This document shows positions 29,590 through 45,479 of a stretch of DNA of 64,000 nt, in pieces; the first letter of the stretch is position 1, and each line of letters starts with the position of its first letter. The stretch lies in the NCBI GenBank assembly GCA_964016885.1, contig OZ024742.1, forward strand, positions 248,558,001 through 248,622,000, given 5' to 3'. The notes under the pieces were generated by a model. The model saw only the letters and a program-made list of their open reading frames with translations, had not been told where the DNA came from and did not search any database. Made by a program: the position numbers and the translations under genes. Source of the stretch: Eledone cirrhosa. Its lineage: Eukaryota.

Positions 29590-29752
29590 AATTGATTCTA
29601 CTTTTGGCACAAGGCCAGCAATTATCCCAGTGTATTACTGGTACTTTATTTTATCGACCCCCGTAAGGATGAAAGGCAAAGTTAACCTCGGCAGGATTTG
29701 AACTCATATTGGAAAGGGCCTTAACTCTATGCCTCAAAACATGGCGTCCGAC
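29590..29752 (-). mobile_element. SINE family S copy, slightly 5'-truncated
   Basis: Reverse-complement match. Confidence 0.85.
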
Positions 29753-30005
29753 CAATGTTAACTATAGACACAAAGCAGAATACAAGAGCAGTAACTCCTA
29801 CCACATATAATACTATACCCACAGTTACACCAAATAACTGCACTCCAACAATAGCAATACCAACAACAACATCTACAACAACAAATACATATACAACAAC
29901 AACTATACACAAAATAGCAAAAAACTGACGGTATGAACAGTTGAAACAGTAAATATGACATCCAAAAGAGAAAACAACAACAACAACAACAGCAACATTA
30001 ATAAT

Positions 30006-30195
30006 AATTGTTTCTACTTTTGGCACAAGGCCAGCAATTACTCAGTACATTACTGGTACTTTATTTTATCGACCCCGTATGGATGAAAGGCAAAGTTAAC
30101 CTCGGCGAGATTTGAACTCAGATCATAAAGGGACGTAACTCTATGCTTCAAAGCATGGCGTCCGACCCTCTACCGTTACTGCCAGTCCACCGCCC
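30006..30195 (-). mobile_element. SINE family S copy in an (AAT)/(AAC) tract
   Basis: Reverse-complement match; ACATTAATAATAAT on both sides. Confidence 0.9.
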
Positions 30196-30199
30196 TACA

Positions 30200-30690
30200 T
30201 TAATAATAATAATAATAATAACAACAACAACAACAGGAAGAACCCCATCGACAATAGTAACAACATCATAAACAACAGCAACGACAATAACAGTAACGAC
30301 AACCACAGCAATAACAATAACAACAACAATAATAATAGTACCACAACAACAGCAGCAATAATAGTTACAACAGTAACAGCAACAACAACAACAACAACAA
30401 CGGTAACAACAGCAACAACAGCAATAACAACAACAACAACAAAAACAACAACAGCAGCAATAACAGTAACAACAGTAACAACGACAGCAACACCAACAGT
30501 AACTACCACAAGGACAACAGTAACAACAACCAAAACAACAAAAGTAACAACCCACAACAACAACAGTAACAAGCACAACAACAACAGTAACAACAACAAC
30601 AAAAGTAACTACCCACAACAACAATAGTAACAACAACAACAACAATAGTAACAATAACCAAAACAACATCAACAGCAATAATAAGACAAT
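30200..30690. repeat. Degenerate (AAC)n array
   Basis: Seen directly. Confidence 0.9.
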
Positions 30691-30937
30691 AAGCTGTCAT
30701 TGATTTAGTGTTGGCTGAACTGTTAATGACTATAGCTCACCTCAAAACATTTATTTTTCTCCCTAGATTACAACGCATAGATCTTTCATCAATTGATTCT
30801 TTAACAGTAAATTATTGAAACAAATCTGTCAAAACTATCACAATAGCAATTGTCACACACATGATCGATTTCAGCAATTCAAAAACTTTAATCTTTGATT
30901 CACAAGGAAAAAGAAAAAAAAGATAGTAAATATTTTG

Positions 30938-30963
30938 TGTTGTTGCAGTTGTTGTTGTTGTTC

Positions 30964-31019
<56 letters not shown>

Positions 31020-31135
31020 CTTCTTCTTCTTCTTCTTCTTCTTCTTCTTCTTCTTCTTCTTCTTCTTCTTCTTCTTCTTCTTCTTCTTCTTCTTCTTCTT
31101 CTTCTTCTTCTTCTTCTTCTTCTTCTTCTTCTTCT
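30938..31135. repeat. (GTT)n-(CTT)n compound microsatellite
   Basis: Seen directly. Confidence 0.95.
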
Positions 31136-31165
31136 CTCTCTCTCCCCTCCCTCTCTCTCTCTCTG

Positions 31166-31237
<72 letters not shown>

Positions 31238-31265
31238 TAAATATACATATATATTTATCTATACA

Positions 31266-32804
<1,539 letters not shown>

Positions 32805-32880
32805 TTCTTATATACTTGATATATATTTATCCTTATCGAGCCCTGTTTGGATTTTAGTCTTCAAATTTATTATTATTACT

Positions 32881-33056
32881 AGCAGTATCGGTAGAGGGTC
32901 GGACGCCATGCTTTCCAGCATAGTTACGTCCCTTTACGATCTGAGTTCAAATCGTGCCGAGGTTGACTTTGCCTTTCATCCTTACGGGGTCGATAAAATA
33001 AAGTACCAGTAATGCACTGGATAATTGCTGGCCTTGTGCCTAAAGTAGAAACAATT
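32881..33056 (+). mobile_element. SINE family S copy
   Basis: Match to family S. Confidence 0.9.
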
Positions 33057-33061
33057 ATTAC

Positions 33062-33095
<34 letters not shown>

Positions 33096-34073
33096 TATGC
33101 ATATGTATGTGTGTATCTCTATATGGATGTCTGTGTATGTTGTATTCCTGCCAGAGTTTCTCTATATATATACATACAAGACTACCAAACACAGCGAGTG
33201 TGTGGATCTGGCTGCGTTTCCCTTTCTGTGTGTTTGTATGTCTGTGTATCTAGCTGTGTTTGCGGGAAAGCGTGTGTGTGGGGCTATTTCATATCTGAAT
33301 ATTTTCCACCAGCCTGACCACTGTGGTGTTTATAGAAACATATAAAATGTCCCACAATGCACAGCTACGCATACATACACACAAACACACACAGAGATAT
33401 GCCCATGAAAAACATACTCACTCATGCACTCGCACAACCACATACACATCCAGACACGCACAACCACATCTGTGCACATACGAATATTCACAAAAGCAGA
33501 TGTAAATATACAAACACACATATACACGCATATGCAAACTTATATAGAGTAAGATACATCAATTAAGAAAATCGCAACACGTACATAGTCTCTACCCCCC
33601 CCCCCCTATCTACTCTCTCTCGCTTACACACACACAATTACATACAGCCACACTCAAACGCACACGGGTACAAACACATACATGCTCATGTAAATTTGCA
33701 CACTCATACTTGGCCATACACATGCTTACACACATTTACACACACAAAACGTATATAAAGCGCACATACTCATCAACGTTATACATTTCACATCATGAAA
33801 TGATAAACGACGATAGACCGACGCTAAAATATGTATGTATATATGTATATATGTATATGTCTATCCACCACTGTATGTATATATCTATATATCTATATAT
33901 CTATATATCTATATATATATACTGTATGTAGGTACGAATATATGCATGAATGTATATGTATATATATATATGTAGGTACGTATATATGTATGTAAGTATG
34001 TATGTAAGTATGTATGTATGTATGTATGTATGTAATAATTGTCTGTATATATATATAGATAGATAGATATATG

Positions 34074-34160
<87 letters not shown>

Positions 34161-34264
34161 ACATATATATATATATTTATATATATATATTTATATATAT
34201 ATATTTATATATATATATACGTATATATATATATATACATATACGTATATATATATATACATAT

Positions 34265-34357
<93 letters not shown>

Positions 34358-34715
34358 CACAGATGTATTTCTAGACGAGCATGAATATAATTTCGAAAAT
34401 GTATATGGTAATGGTAAGAATATATTTACACAGAATTTCAGTTACGGATGTGTAACAATGTGGTGATACATACCCTACCAAGCTACACACACTTATGCCA
34501 CACACACATTTGAATTTAATTACACTGAGTGAAGGTCACAATTCGACAGAGGTGTTGAAATTATTCTACACCCAAGAACTATACACCAGAATGGACAATA
34601 TATCGATTCCAAGGTTTCATTAGCAAAACTGTAGTTTTATTAGGGAATTAGTATATATATAGCGTAGATTACTGCGGGCTAAAAGCTGTCTCGGGAATAT
34701 CAATTACACATACAA

Positions 34716-34795
<80 letters not shown>

Positions 34796-34800
34796 GTATA

Positions 34801-34942
<142 letters not shown>

Positions 34943-34973
34943 CATATATGTATGTGTGTGTCTATATGTATTT

Positions 34974-35038
<65 letters not shown>

Positions 35039-35349
35039 TTATATCTATATATATACGTACAAATATCCCTCTGTCGCTCTCTCAATTTATATATATATAT
35101 ATATGTACAAGTCGATAGTGTGTGAGTGTGAGTGAGAGAGAGAAAGAGAGAGCATAGAGAGAGCATAGATTTAGTGAGCATAGAGTTAGTGAGCTACAAA
35201 GAGTTGTAGTGACTGCTGGAACTGCTCGAGTTGAATGTTATCATGTATGCAATATTATTATTCACCTACTACCAGCTGATCGCCGTGCCTTTCCTCCATT
35301 CGTGCCACACCTAACTGGAACAGGGTTGGGCATGCTTTACTGATGATAA

Positions 35350-36385
35350 GCAAAAATACGCACAGGCTACATCATTTCCAGATATGTATAAAGGGTGAGA
35401 CGGTGTGGTCGCCGTTTGTGCGACTGTCCTTTCCGGAGCTAGTCCATTTGAGTGTACTGAAGTCATGGGTCAATAAAAGAATGAGACTGTGCACCTGACA
35501 TCTGTAATATTGCCAGGCGCTAACAGTCATCAACCAGTCGATTAAGGTCATTGAAAATTGCATGCTATATTTACTGGTGGGCAAGTGCTTTGATGCATTC
35601 CACGAGGCTCAGGACATCGACGAAGTCGAACTGACCAGTCTGTTCTGAGGGAATTCCAAGATGGGGACTATGGACAAATTCCGAAATCCCTCGCTGGGCA
35701 GTGGTACCCGGGGACAATGCCCGTTGGAGATAGACTCTACACGCTCGGAAGTGCAGTCAGAGGGAACTGTCTAAGACGCACTCGTCAAATGCCTCTGCAT
35801 TAATCACTTGTGGAGTTATGTCAAACAGCTTTTATCGCATGTAGGACGAGTCCATAGAGAAGATCGACCCTCTGCCTTCTTTTGGCCGGGAAGGTTAGGT
35901 AGTTTTCCTCTATCTGGTGGCGGTAGTGAAAGCCGTTGTGTGGTGGGCAATGCTGAAAGGTCTCTAAGGACAGATACTTTTTTTCTTCGGCCAATCCCTC
36001 ATCAACTTTATAACGTTTCACTTGGAAATCATAGCGAGTGGTGAGAGAAGTGCTGCCCAACAGTACATTTGCTAAAAGGTGGATGAATGTGGCGATTATG
36101 GCTCGTATGAATGGGCCTTCTCTGTAGGCTGTTTGATTGAGGAGTAGCTGTTGCCCTTCCCGGTGCTGTCGACCCATTGAGTAGTTCAGGGTTAGTGGGG
36201 TACCTGAGTCATCCATAGGTGGTCCTCCTCCTTATTACGGAGTTCATTTTATTATAATTTTATTCTTAATTGTTTTGTTATCATCGCATTTTACTCGATT
36301 TCATTGTAAGCCTACACTGTCCTTGTCTTTTTGCAATGTCCCCTATATGTCGGCCCTTGTGTCCAATAAATGGAACAATTATTAT
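35350..36385 (+). mobile_element. L1/Tx1-clade LINE 3' fragment (zf-RVT region)
   Basis: Plus strand reads QWYPGTMPVGDRL and EGTV*DALVKCLCINHLWSYVKQLL, resembling the LPxxDRL...ETxxHALxxC..W zf-RVT pattern; 3' UTR with AATAAA. Confidence 0.6.
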
Positions 36386-36419
36386 TATCACAACAACGTC
36401 CAACACAAACCTCTTTCCC

Positions 36420-36705
36420 CTACAAAAATTGACTCTAATTGATATTGCGATCCCTCAAGTCCACAATATGGCTGAAAAGGAAATGGAATAGATCAATAAA
36501 TAAACAGACTTTGCTGGGGCTATTAGAACTGATCACCATGTAGAAAGAGAAGTTGTGCCTAATCGTAAGTGGTGCGCTAGGCACGGTACCTGAATGTCCC
36601 ACTTCTCTTCATCTAAAAGCTTTGGGGTGCTTGATTTCATAGGCAGTGCCTAAATTTCTACCATCACCAGCCATAATCCTACGCGATATATTAACCATCT
36701 TAGAT
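36420..36705 (+). mobile_element. R4/Dong-like restriction-like-endonuclease LINE 3' fragment
   Basis: LIDIAIPQVHNMAEKEME*INK*TD...VVP/IVSGALGTVP matches the RLE C-terminal pattern IDIAIP..N...KE.EK..KY...PIVIGALG. Confidence 0.7.
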
Positions 36706-36810
36706 GAACGATTGTTCTGAAGCCAAGTAACATGCTGTACTTAGCAACTGATTCCTAAAGACACCTTACAAGATGGAAAAATTAGTGTTATTATTATTAT
36801 TATCATAATC

Positions 36811-37441
36811 GGTGGATTGGCAGTATCGGTAGAGGGTCGGATGCCATGCCTTCCAGCATAGTTACGTCCCTTTACGATCTGAGTTCAAATCCCGCCGAGG
36901 TTGACTTTGCCTTTCATCCTTACGGGGTCGATAAAATAAAGTACCAGTAATGCACTGGGTAATTGCTGGCCTTGTGCCTAAAGTAGAAACAATTATTAAT
37001 GTGGATTGGCAGAATCAATAGAGCATCGGACACCATGCTTTGCAGCATAACGTTAAGGCCCTTTAGGTTTTGAGTTCAAATCCCGCTCTGTTAACTTTGC
37101 ATTTCATCATTACATGGTCGATAAAATAAAGCACCAGCAATTCACTGGGGTCGATTTAATCGACTTTCTTTTCCCCCAAGTTTGCTGGCCGTGTGCCTAT
37201 AGTAGAAATGATTATTATTATGCTTTAAGGCGGTGGATTGGTAGTATTGGTAGAGCGTCGAACACTTTGCTACGTGACAGTTAGTTACGGCCCTTTACGT
37301 TCTGAGTTCAAATCCAGCCGAGGTTAGCTTTGCCTTTCATCCTTACGGGTTCGATAAAATAAAGTACCAGTAATGCACTGGGGTCGATTTACTCGAATTT
37401 TCCCTCCCACAAAATTACTCGCATTGTGCTTAAAGTAAAAA
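36811..37441 (+). mobile_element. Head-to-tail array of three family S SINEs (36811-36995, 37001-37209, 37229-37441)
   Basis: Each unit begins GTGGATTGG and ends in an ATT-rich tail; the last two carry the extra GGGGTCGATTTA.TCGA..TT..CCC segment. Confidence 0.9.
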
Positions 37442-39189
37442 TCATTATTATCATTATGCTTGTTTTGCTCTTGCGCGATGTCAGGTTTGACCCCATGGCG
37501 TGGTGCCTTTGCAAATATATTCTCTTGTACATAGTGAATGAAATTTAATAGTCGGAACCTCCCCTATATATTCCAATATACATCAAACGCATGCAGACAC
37601 AGACAAACGTATGCGCACACACAATCACACATTCATACGATTATTTTTGTGTGTATGTATTTGTGTTCGTGTCTGCGTGTGTGTTAGAATGTTGAAAGTT
37701 GCATCCTACATTCTACAGTTGTGTTGCGCAGACCCTGTCATGAAGTGTAATTGTTTTATATAAACCCATAAAAATATTCAAACATTTTATTCTAATTAAT
37801 TTAGGTCTTCATAAATGATATTTAGATTTGTAATATGAAGTGGAATATGGTGTATAAATTAAGTTATAAACCTTAAACCAAAAGACGTTCCAATATTTGT
37901 ACCTACAAGGGCTTTGCAATCTTCATCTTCTTTGAAAAATGTATGTGTTACCACAGAAAATAATGAAAGAATAGATTTGTATAACCACGAATTTATAAAC
38001 ATGTATATTACAAATCAACGTTTATTCCCATAACTGAAATATAAATGTAGGAGTATAAAATTCCTGCATTCCTTTACAATGCACTTGTTTACCTTATGTG
38101 CATTTTCCTTTGACATTTTACATATTAGGTGACCAATTCCTTCAGTCAGAAGGAGGTAGTTAGTGTTGCAGTAAATCCCAAATATATAATCTCGGCTCTA
38201 CTAAAATGTTTGAGTCCTCTATCTGTAAATATGTTGTTATATATAGTTCAATAGTTAATAGACCCCAACGCCCACACAAAAATATTTATTCATTATACAT
38301 ATTTATATAATATTGATGGATGTGCTATGTTTCTATATTTGAATACATATATATATATGTGTGTGTGTGTGTGTATGTGTGTGTGTGTGTGCGTACATGT
38401 GTATGTGAATGTGTCTAATTCATATAGCTTGTTCTTCATCTAATACAGAGTAGATAGAGCGAAAGAGAGAGCAAATCATAGCGTGCACACCTTCAAAACC
38501 CACATATATCCAGGGATAAACCAATGAATAAAATATATTCCAACATGAAGTAAGCTATCAGACTACCGTTTCCTCTTCTCTTCTATATATACACCTTTTC
38601 CCAACCTAAGCTTAGCGGGGGATTTTCCGTTTTTTGTCATAAGAATTTCGTCGAAGCTCTTATGAAGATATTTTGCATTACATTCTAAACAATTACAAAT
38701 ATTTGCCACTTTGTCCAACACATTCATTGGAGATCGCCATCTTTTCTTTTCTCAATCTCAACTCACTCTCTCCCTCACTCTTTGTCATTCTCTCTCCCTC
38801 CCTATCTCTCTCTCTCTCTCTCACTCTCCCCCTCTCTCTCCCGATGGTCTTTAACATTCTATATACACACTCATCAGTATTTATACAGACACAGATATTC
38901 GCATACTTCTTTGCGCATATTTATATATAGGTGTAAATTAGTGTAAATTTTTAAATTTTAAACATTTTTAAATTTTTAAATTAAATATAACCTCTGCATA
39001 TAGCTGTATACATATATGTATATATATATATATATATATAAACAGACATTATTATTCCTTACATTAAACTATAATTACACTTTTTATTCCTTACATTAAA
39101 CTGCAAATATGTTGACACTCTTTAACTAACATCTCCCTTATGAATTTTGTGGTCTTGTTTTGATTAACTAATAAATATATATACATATA

Positions 39190-40043
39190 TGTACAATATG
39201 TTGAAAAGGTACCACACTAGAGAGAGATAGCGTGCTACCAATAAAACAGGGAAAACCACCAGTGTATGGAATCTATAATCTATGGAAGGCAAGGTAGACA
39301 CACAATAATTAAAAATATAAGTTAAAATGTATATACGCACCTCTATAACGATATAACACACGCGTACACATCCAAAGAGATCTGTTTCGCCAGGAAGTTG
39401 TTGACTGAAATGGAATAGCCTATGGTTCATCAGCGCGTGCAAGACAACTCTAGGTGGCCGTCCAGCCACACGCGGCAGAGATGTCACAGCGTGCCTAGGG
39501 CAATGAACCAGTGGCACCTGAGGGGCGAGCTGCTAGAAAGGGCAGCCCAAAAATCATTCAAAGAAGTGTGCTCAACCAAACAGAGAAAGGAAAGACTGTT
39601 ATAAGGAGCGAAATATCACGATAAATTAACGGAGCCATAGACTCGTTATTTCCTGTCAATAATGAGCTCAAAGGAAAAGGAATCATGAGCTCTTTAAAAT
39701 ACAATATGTTGAAAATGTGACACATTAGAGAGAGATAGATAGATAGTGGGCCATCAATAAAACAGGGAAAACGACCAGTGTATGGAATCTACAATTTATG
39801 GAAGGCGGGGTAGACACAATAATTAAAAATATAAATTAAAATGTATATACGCACCTTTATAACTATATATAAATCCAAAGAGATCTGTTTCGCCAGGAAG
39901 TTGTTGACTGAAATGGAATAGCCTATGGTTCATCAGCGCGTGCAAGACTATACATTCCAGACAACTGTAGGAGAATCTAAAGCGACCGTCCAGCTACACG
40001 CGGCAGAGAGATGTCTCAGCATGCTTAGGGCAGTGAACCAGTG
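39190..40043 (-). mobile_element. Partial tandem terminal repeats (39190-39513 and 39700-40043) with HHR-like cores; related fragment at 55501-55612
   Basis: Minus strand: CTGATGA-ACCATAGG...CCTGGC-GAAAC in both copies; stem I poorly formed; TA flanks. Confidence 0.5.
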
Positions 40044-40076
40044 TATATATATATATATATATATATACAATATATT

Positions 40077-40261
40077 AATTGTTTCTACCTTTTAGCACAA
40101 GGCCAGCAAATACCTAGTGCCTTACTGGTACTTTATTTTATCGCCCCCATAAGGATGAACATTAACCTCGGCAGGATTTGAACTCAGAATGGCAAGGGCC
40201 GTAACTCTATGCATCAAAGCATGGCGTCCGACCCTCTACCGATACTGCCAATCCACCGCCC
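40077..40261 (-). mobile_element. SINE family S with 14-bp TSD
   Basis: TACAATATATTAAT at 40066-40079 and 40262-40275. Confidence 0.9.
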
Positions 40262-40264
40262 TAC

Positions 40265-40512
40265 AATATATTAATAAATGGAAACTATATTTATAAAACC
40301 ATAATTATTTTATATATATTTCAAGGGCAACCAAGGCATAATTGGTGCGCTTTCATCAAATAAAATACAAAATTGTTTCATAAATAGTGACATAACCGTG
40401 GAAAACAACCTTGACGGTTGAAAATTCGCTGGATAGTTGGTTGCCCTTGAAATATATATAATAAAATAATTATGGTTTTATAAATATAGTTTCCATTTAT
40501 TAATATATTGAA
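40265..40512. mobile_element. Inverted pair related to the 9100-9290 terminal repeat; HHR core C3>T
   Basis: CAATATATTAATAAATGGAAACTATATTTATAAAACC and its reverse complement; minus strand TTGATGA...GAAATATATATA. Confidence 0.55.
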
Positions 40513-40627
40513 TATTTACACCAGTAAGTTCTTGAGTGCTCTATATCAATTGTAAACTTTTAAGTTTGTTGGAATCCCAACAAATTAAATATAACTTCTG
40601 CATATATGAATATATATATATATGTAT

Positions 40628-41411
40628 ATAACGAAGGAAATGTGGTAAGGAACCAGGTGGACCATAACTCACCAAAATACTCAATACTTAGGGTAGTAGA
40701 GTGTGTAATAGGAACGAGTAGGACCCCGACGGCTGAGCTCAAGCCGTTTCGACGGCTAATTCTGGACTAAACGAACATTTATTCTTGGTATATGAATAGC
40801 CGAGCTTCACAGGGGTAATTCCATATATGGTAAAATTGATTGTCACAAGGATTGGTCAAAAGTTTGTTGTGGAGACACATAATTCTATCATGGCAATTTA
40901 AAATGGTCTCTTTACAATTCCGTCCCACCTAGTAAACTTTTCTATAGTTTAGCAGTACCAGTGAGAGACTTGATGACTGTCGTTAGGGAATAGTAACCAG
41001 AAATTGTTTTTTTATATTTTTAACATTCTTGGTATTCTTCTATATATTTACTCCATATTGATTTACTTATTGTTTCGACTTCCTCCCCCTCCCCTCCCTA
41101 GTATACTTGCTTAATCTCCTGCCCTGCTGTAGTTGGCACTACCAACGCACGACTGGGTTTCCTCCACTTCCTCTCCCTATTTCTTCTACTGGCAGGTTAA
41201 GCTACCCCTTCCTTCCACAAATTGCCATGATAGAATTATGTGTCTCAACAAAAAACTTTTGACCAATCCTTGTGACAATAACTTTTACCATATATGGAAT
41301 TACCCCGTGAGAAGCTCGGCTATTCATATACCAGGATAAAAATGTTCATTTAGTCCAGAATTAGCCGTCGAAACGGCTTGAGCTCAGCCGTCGGGGTCCT
41401 ACTCGTTCCTA
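40628..41411. mobile_element. Longest family E locus: ~190-bp inverted arms around a unique spacer
   Basis: 40709-40900 is the reverse complement of 41219-41411; TA flanks. Confidence 0.75.
41302..41397 (+). ncRNA. Family E type I HHR scaffold with damaged core (partner at 40723-40816, minus strand)
   Basis: ACCCC-(GTGAGA or TGTGA)-AGCT-CGGCTA...TAGCCG-TC-GAAAC-GGCT-TGAGCTC-AGCC-GTC-GGGGT; three stems and a GTC triplet. Confidence 0.55.
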
Positions 41412-42603
41412 TATATATATATATATATAGGGAAACAGAAATGACAAAGCAACAAATGACAAGGTACAATGAAGAGATATATTATTAGTTTTACACTTGA
41501 TATAGTAGGAATAGTGTGTTTTTCATAAGAAAATGGGATAACAATTTAAATAAGAAATAAAAAGATTCAGGACACGGGTAGTTGCGGAAACGAATAGAAA
41601 AGAAAAACATTTTTAGAGAGAAAAATCAGGTATATTTATGTCACCATCTCTCAGAGAAATGTTGGTGCTGGCGTTTGTGTGAGATAGTATTGTAATAAAT
41701 GGTGGTGATCAAGCACGTCTACCTGAAAGGGAAAATTAGTTTGGTATATAGAACTATATATTGCGTGGGCATATACGTGCGTGTGTGTAGCTGTGTTTTT
41801 GTTTGTTATTCATCCGTACGAAGTTCAAAGGATATGTGTCTGTATATGTAAGTTTAAGATTGTGTGTGTGTATGATAGTAGGTACGAAGCTCTTAGTAAA
41901 TGTATGCATATAAGTGTGTGTGAAGGTAACTGCAATGGTGTGTGTGTGTTTTATTGGTCTGTAAAAGCTGTAAGAGAGTGTGTTTCTGACCAAGAAAGCC
42001 ATAGGTAGCTAGTGGATGAATGTACGTGTGCGTGAGTGAAAGGAAACGAGATAAGGGTAACCGTGGCTAGAGGTAGAGAAGTGTGCAAGATTAAAGAAAT
42101 CGGGGAGGGGAGTTGAGTCCATCAGGGATACTGGAAGCAAGGCCGAAAATCAGACCTTGCTCAGTCCTGGTGTGAGAGGCGTGTAGTACGTGATGTAAAC
42201 GGGTTAAGATATGTAGGGAAGTGTGGCCTGGTAAACAGAAATGACGAGCGACGGGCTCGCCATGCCGAATCGTATGTCAAGTGTTCACCGAAACAGTCTG
42301 CCTAACGGCAGCCTGTTTGTCTGATGTATATAGACCCACAAATCGACCACCGGAGGCCATAGACTACTTGGGTGGATGTACAGATAGGGAGTAATTGATA
42401 TGTAATGAACCATATATACATTTTTGAGTGTGTGTTTGTAAATGTATATACATTTATATATATATAAATATATCAATAAAATAAAACGCAAGTTTATGAC
42501 ACAACGATTTCGAATTTCTAGAATGTTATTTGAATGATAAACAACCAAGTAACGAACGCTGGACTCTTCGTCAGGTTAATGTCTTCACAGATGGCTGCAT
42601 ACG

Positions 42604-42644
<41 letters not shown>

Positions 42645-42654
42645 CACACACACG

Positions 42655-42685
<31 letters not shown>

Positions 42686-42690
42686 GTGTG

Positions 42691-42782
<92 letters not shown>

Positions 42783-42916
42783 GAAACAATTGTTCTCGGT
42801 ATGGTGAACTAACTCTTGTGTTATTACTTCTACCAAAGTCCCATGGACTGAGTGCTCTACCACTGCGGATATTACCTTCCAGTATTCTACCTCTCTCTCT
42901 CTCTCTCTATCTCTCC

Positions 42917-42970
<54 letters not shown>

Positions 42971-42972
<2 letters not shown>

Positions 42973-43097
42973 TTGTTTCTATTTTTGGCACAAGGCCAGC
43001 AATCAACCAGTGCATTACTGGTACTTTATTTTATCGACCCCGTAAGGATGAAATACAAAGTTAACCTCGGCGATATTTGAACTCAGAATGGCAAGGA
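42971..43097 (-). mobile_element. SINE family S, 5'-truncated
   Basis: Reverse-complement match. Confidence 0.85.
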
Positions 43098-43669
43098 CAA
43101 CGAGAGACGGTGGGGAAAGATTGTGTGAAATATAAATATATATATATACGGTTATACATGCCCATTTTTTATTCAATTAGATCCTCCAACCATCGGGTTT
43201 ATCTCGTATTCTATAAAATATACGTAAGAAAATTTAAGATATACCAAAACAGCACACACATATACACACACATATTTACATTCAAACAACCAAAGGATAC
43301 ATATCTAACATGTAAACAGCCATCTTGTATTATATCCGGAATATTAAGTATGTATGAGATATCTAAACGGTTGAGGCGATAACGTTTTTACCTGACTCCA
43401 CAAACTATTGAAATAATGATAACGAGAACAGCTTTCAGTACGTACTCAGCGATACAGCGATCAAAATCTAATATAGGTTTCATTATTACCTCCACACAAT
43501 CAAATCAAGACCAAGTTGAAACTGCGTTGTCAGGGTTTATCGTATAAAATATTAAAGGTGGCCATTATTGCCGGCTTTAGAAAAAGCAAAAGCGATTATG
43601 TTGATTACACTTAGCTACGGTAGTCATAAGATAGTTGAGCAAGTTCAACAACGGAAACAAGACATATTC

Positions 43670-44460
<791 letters not shown>

Positions 44461-44994
44461 TGCGTGTGTGTGTGTGTGTGACCGTACATATATAAAGCTG
44501 ATTAGACAGAAAACATGAAGAGAAAAAATGATGTTTTGATGAAATATGTCAGACAGATTATTTAGTACTAATAATACATGTAATTACTATATTGATTAAG
44601 ATGTGTTTGCATATATATATATATATATATATATATCTGTGTTTGTGTGTGTGTTTGTGTTTATGAGTGTGTATGTATGTGTGGGTGTATGTGAGTGTAT
44701 ATATGTCTGTATGTATGCATATGTATACATACACACTCAAAGGTGAAAACAGACCCACCCACACACATATATCGAGAGAGAGTTAGAGAGAAATAGAATG
44801 AGAGAGATTGAGGCAGGATAAGAATATGGTTGTGCGTTGAATAGATCAGGTGACTTGGAGGTTGAACCGAGTCGAAAAAGTGAATATCCATTGAAGTTGT
44901 ATTTTCCACCAGTGTAAACATATTAATGCCAGGTTCAGTCAGTGTGCTGAAATAGCGGCCATTGTTGTGTACAAGTACTATATATATTATATGT

Positions 44995-45060
<66 letters not shown>

Positions 45061-45064
<4 letters not shown>

Positions 45065-45225
45065 AGATCAAAAGATGGTTAAAGGAGTTCCATATATTTT
45101 ATTATGCGCATTTGAAAAAAAACATCATCAAGCAATAATATTTGTGTTTTCATCAGATAAAACAGGAGAACATGATATGAAGGCTAAAAAACACTTGTGG
45201 ATAGTGCAGTTTTAAATCAACATAT
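45061..45225 (-). mobile_element. Solo family P unit inside (TA)n; HHR core mutated (GAAA>CAAA)
   Basis: Matches 23485-23650 with the same ends. Confidence 0.75.
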
Positions 45226-45226
45226 A

Positions 45227-45344
<118 letters not shown>

Positions 45345-45479
45345 TATATGTATGTGTGTGTGTGTGTGTATGTGTGTGTATGTCTGCGTGCCTGTGTGTG
45401 AGTGTGTGTGTGTCTAAACATTTCTATCACCAAACATAATAACAATCCCCTGCTTTCTTCCTCCATATCTCCACCCCAA

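Noticed and set aside
35821-36216. 131-aa minus-strand ORF
   Set aside because: Antisense to the L1/Tx1 zf-RVT remnant on the plus strand
38129-38224. Possible 32-codon exon (VTNSFSQKEVVSVAVNPKYIISALLKCLSPLS)
   Set aside because: Short, weak donor site, no recognisable homology
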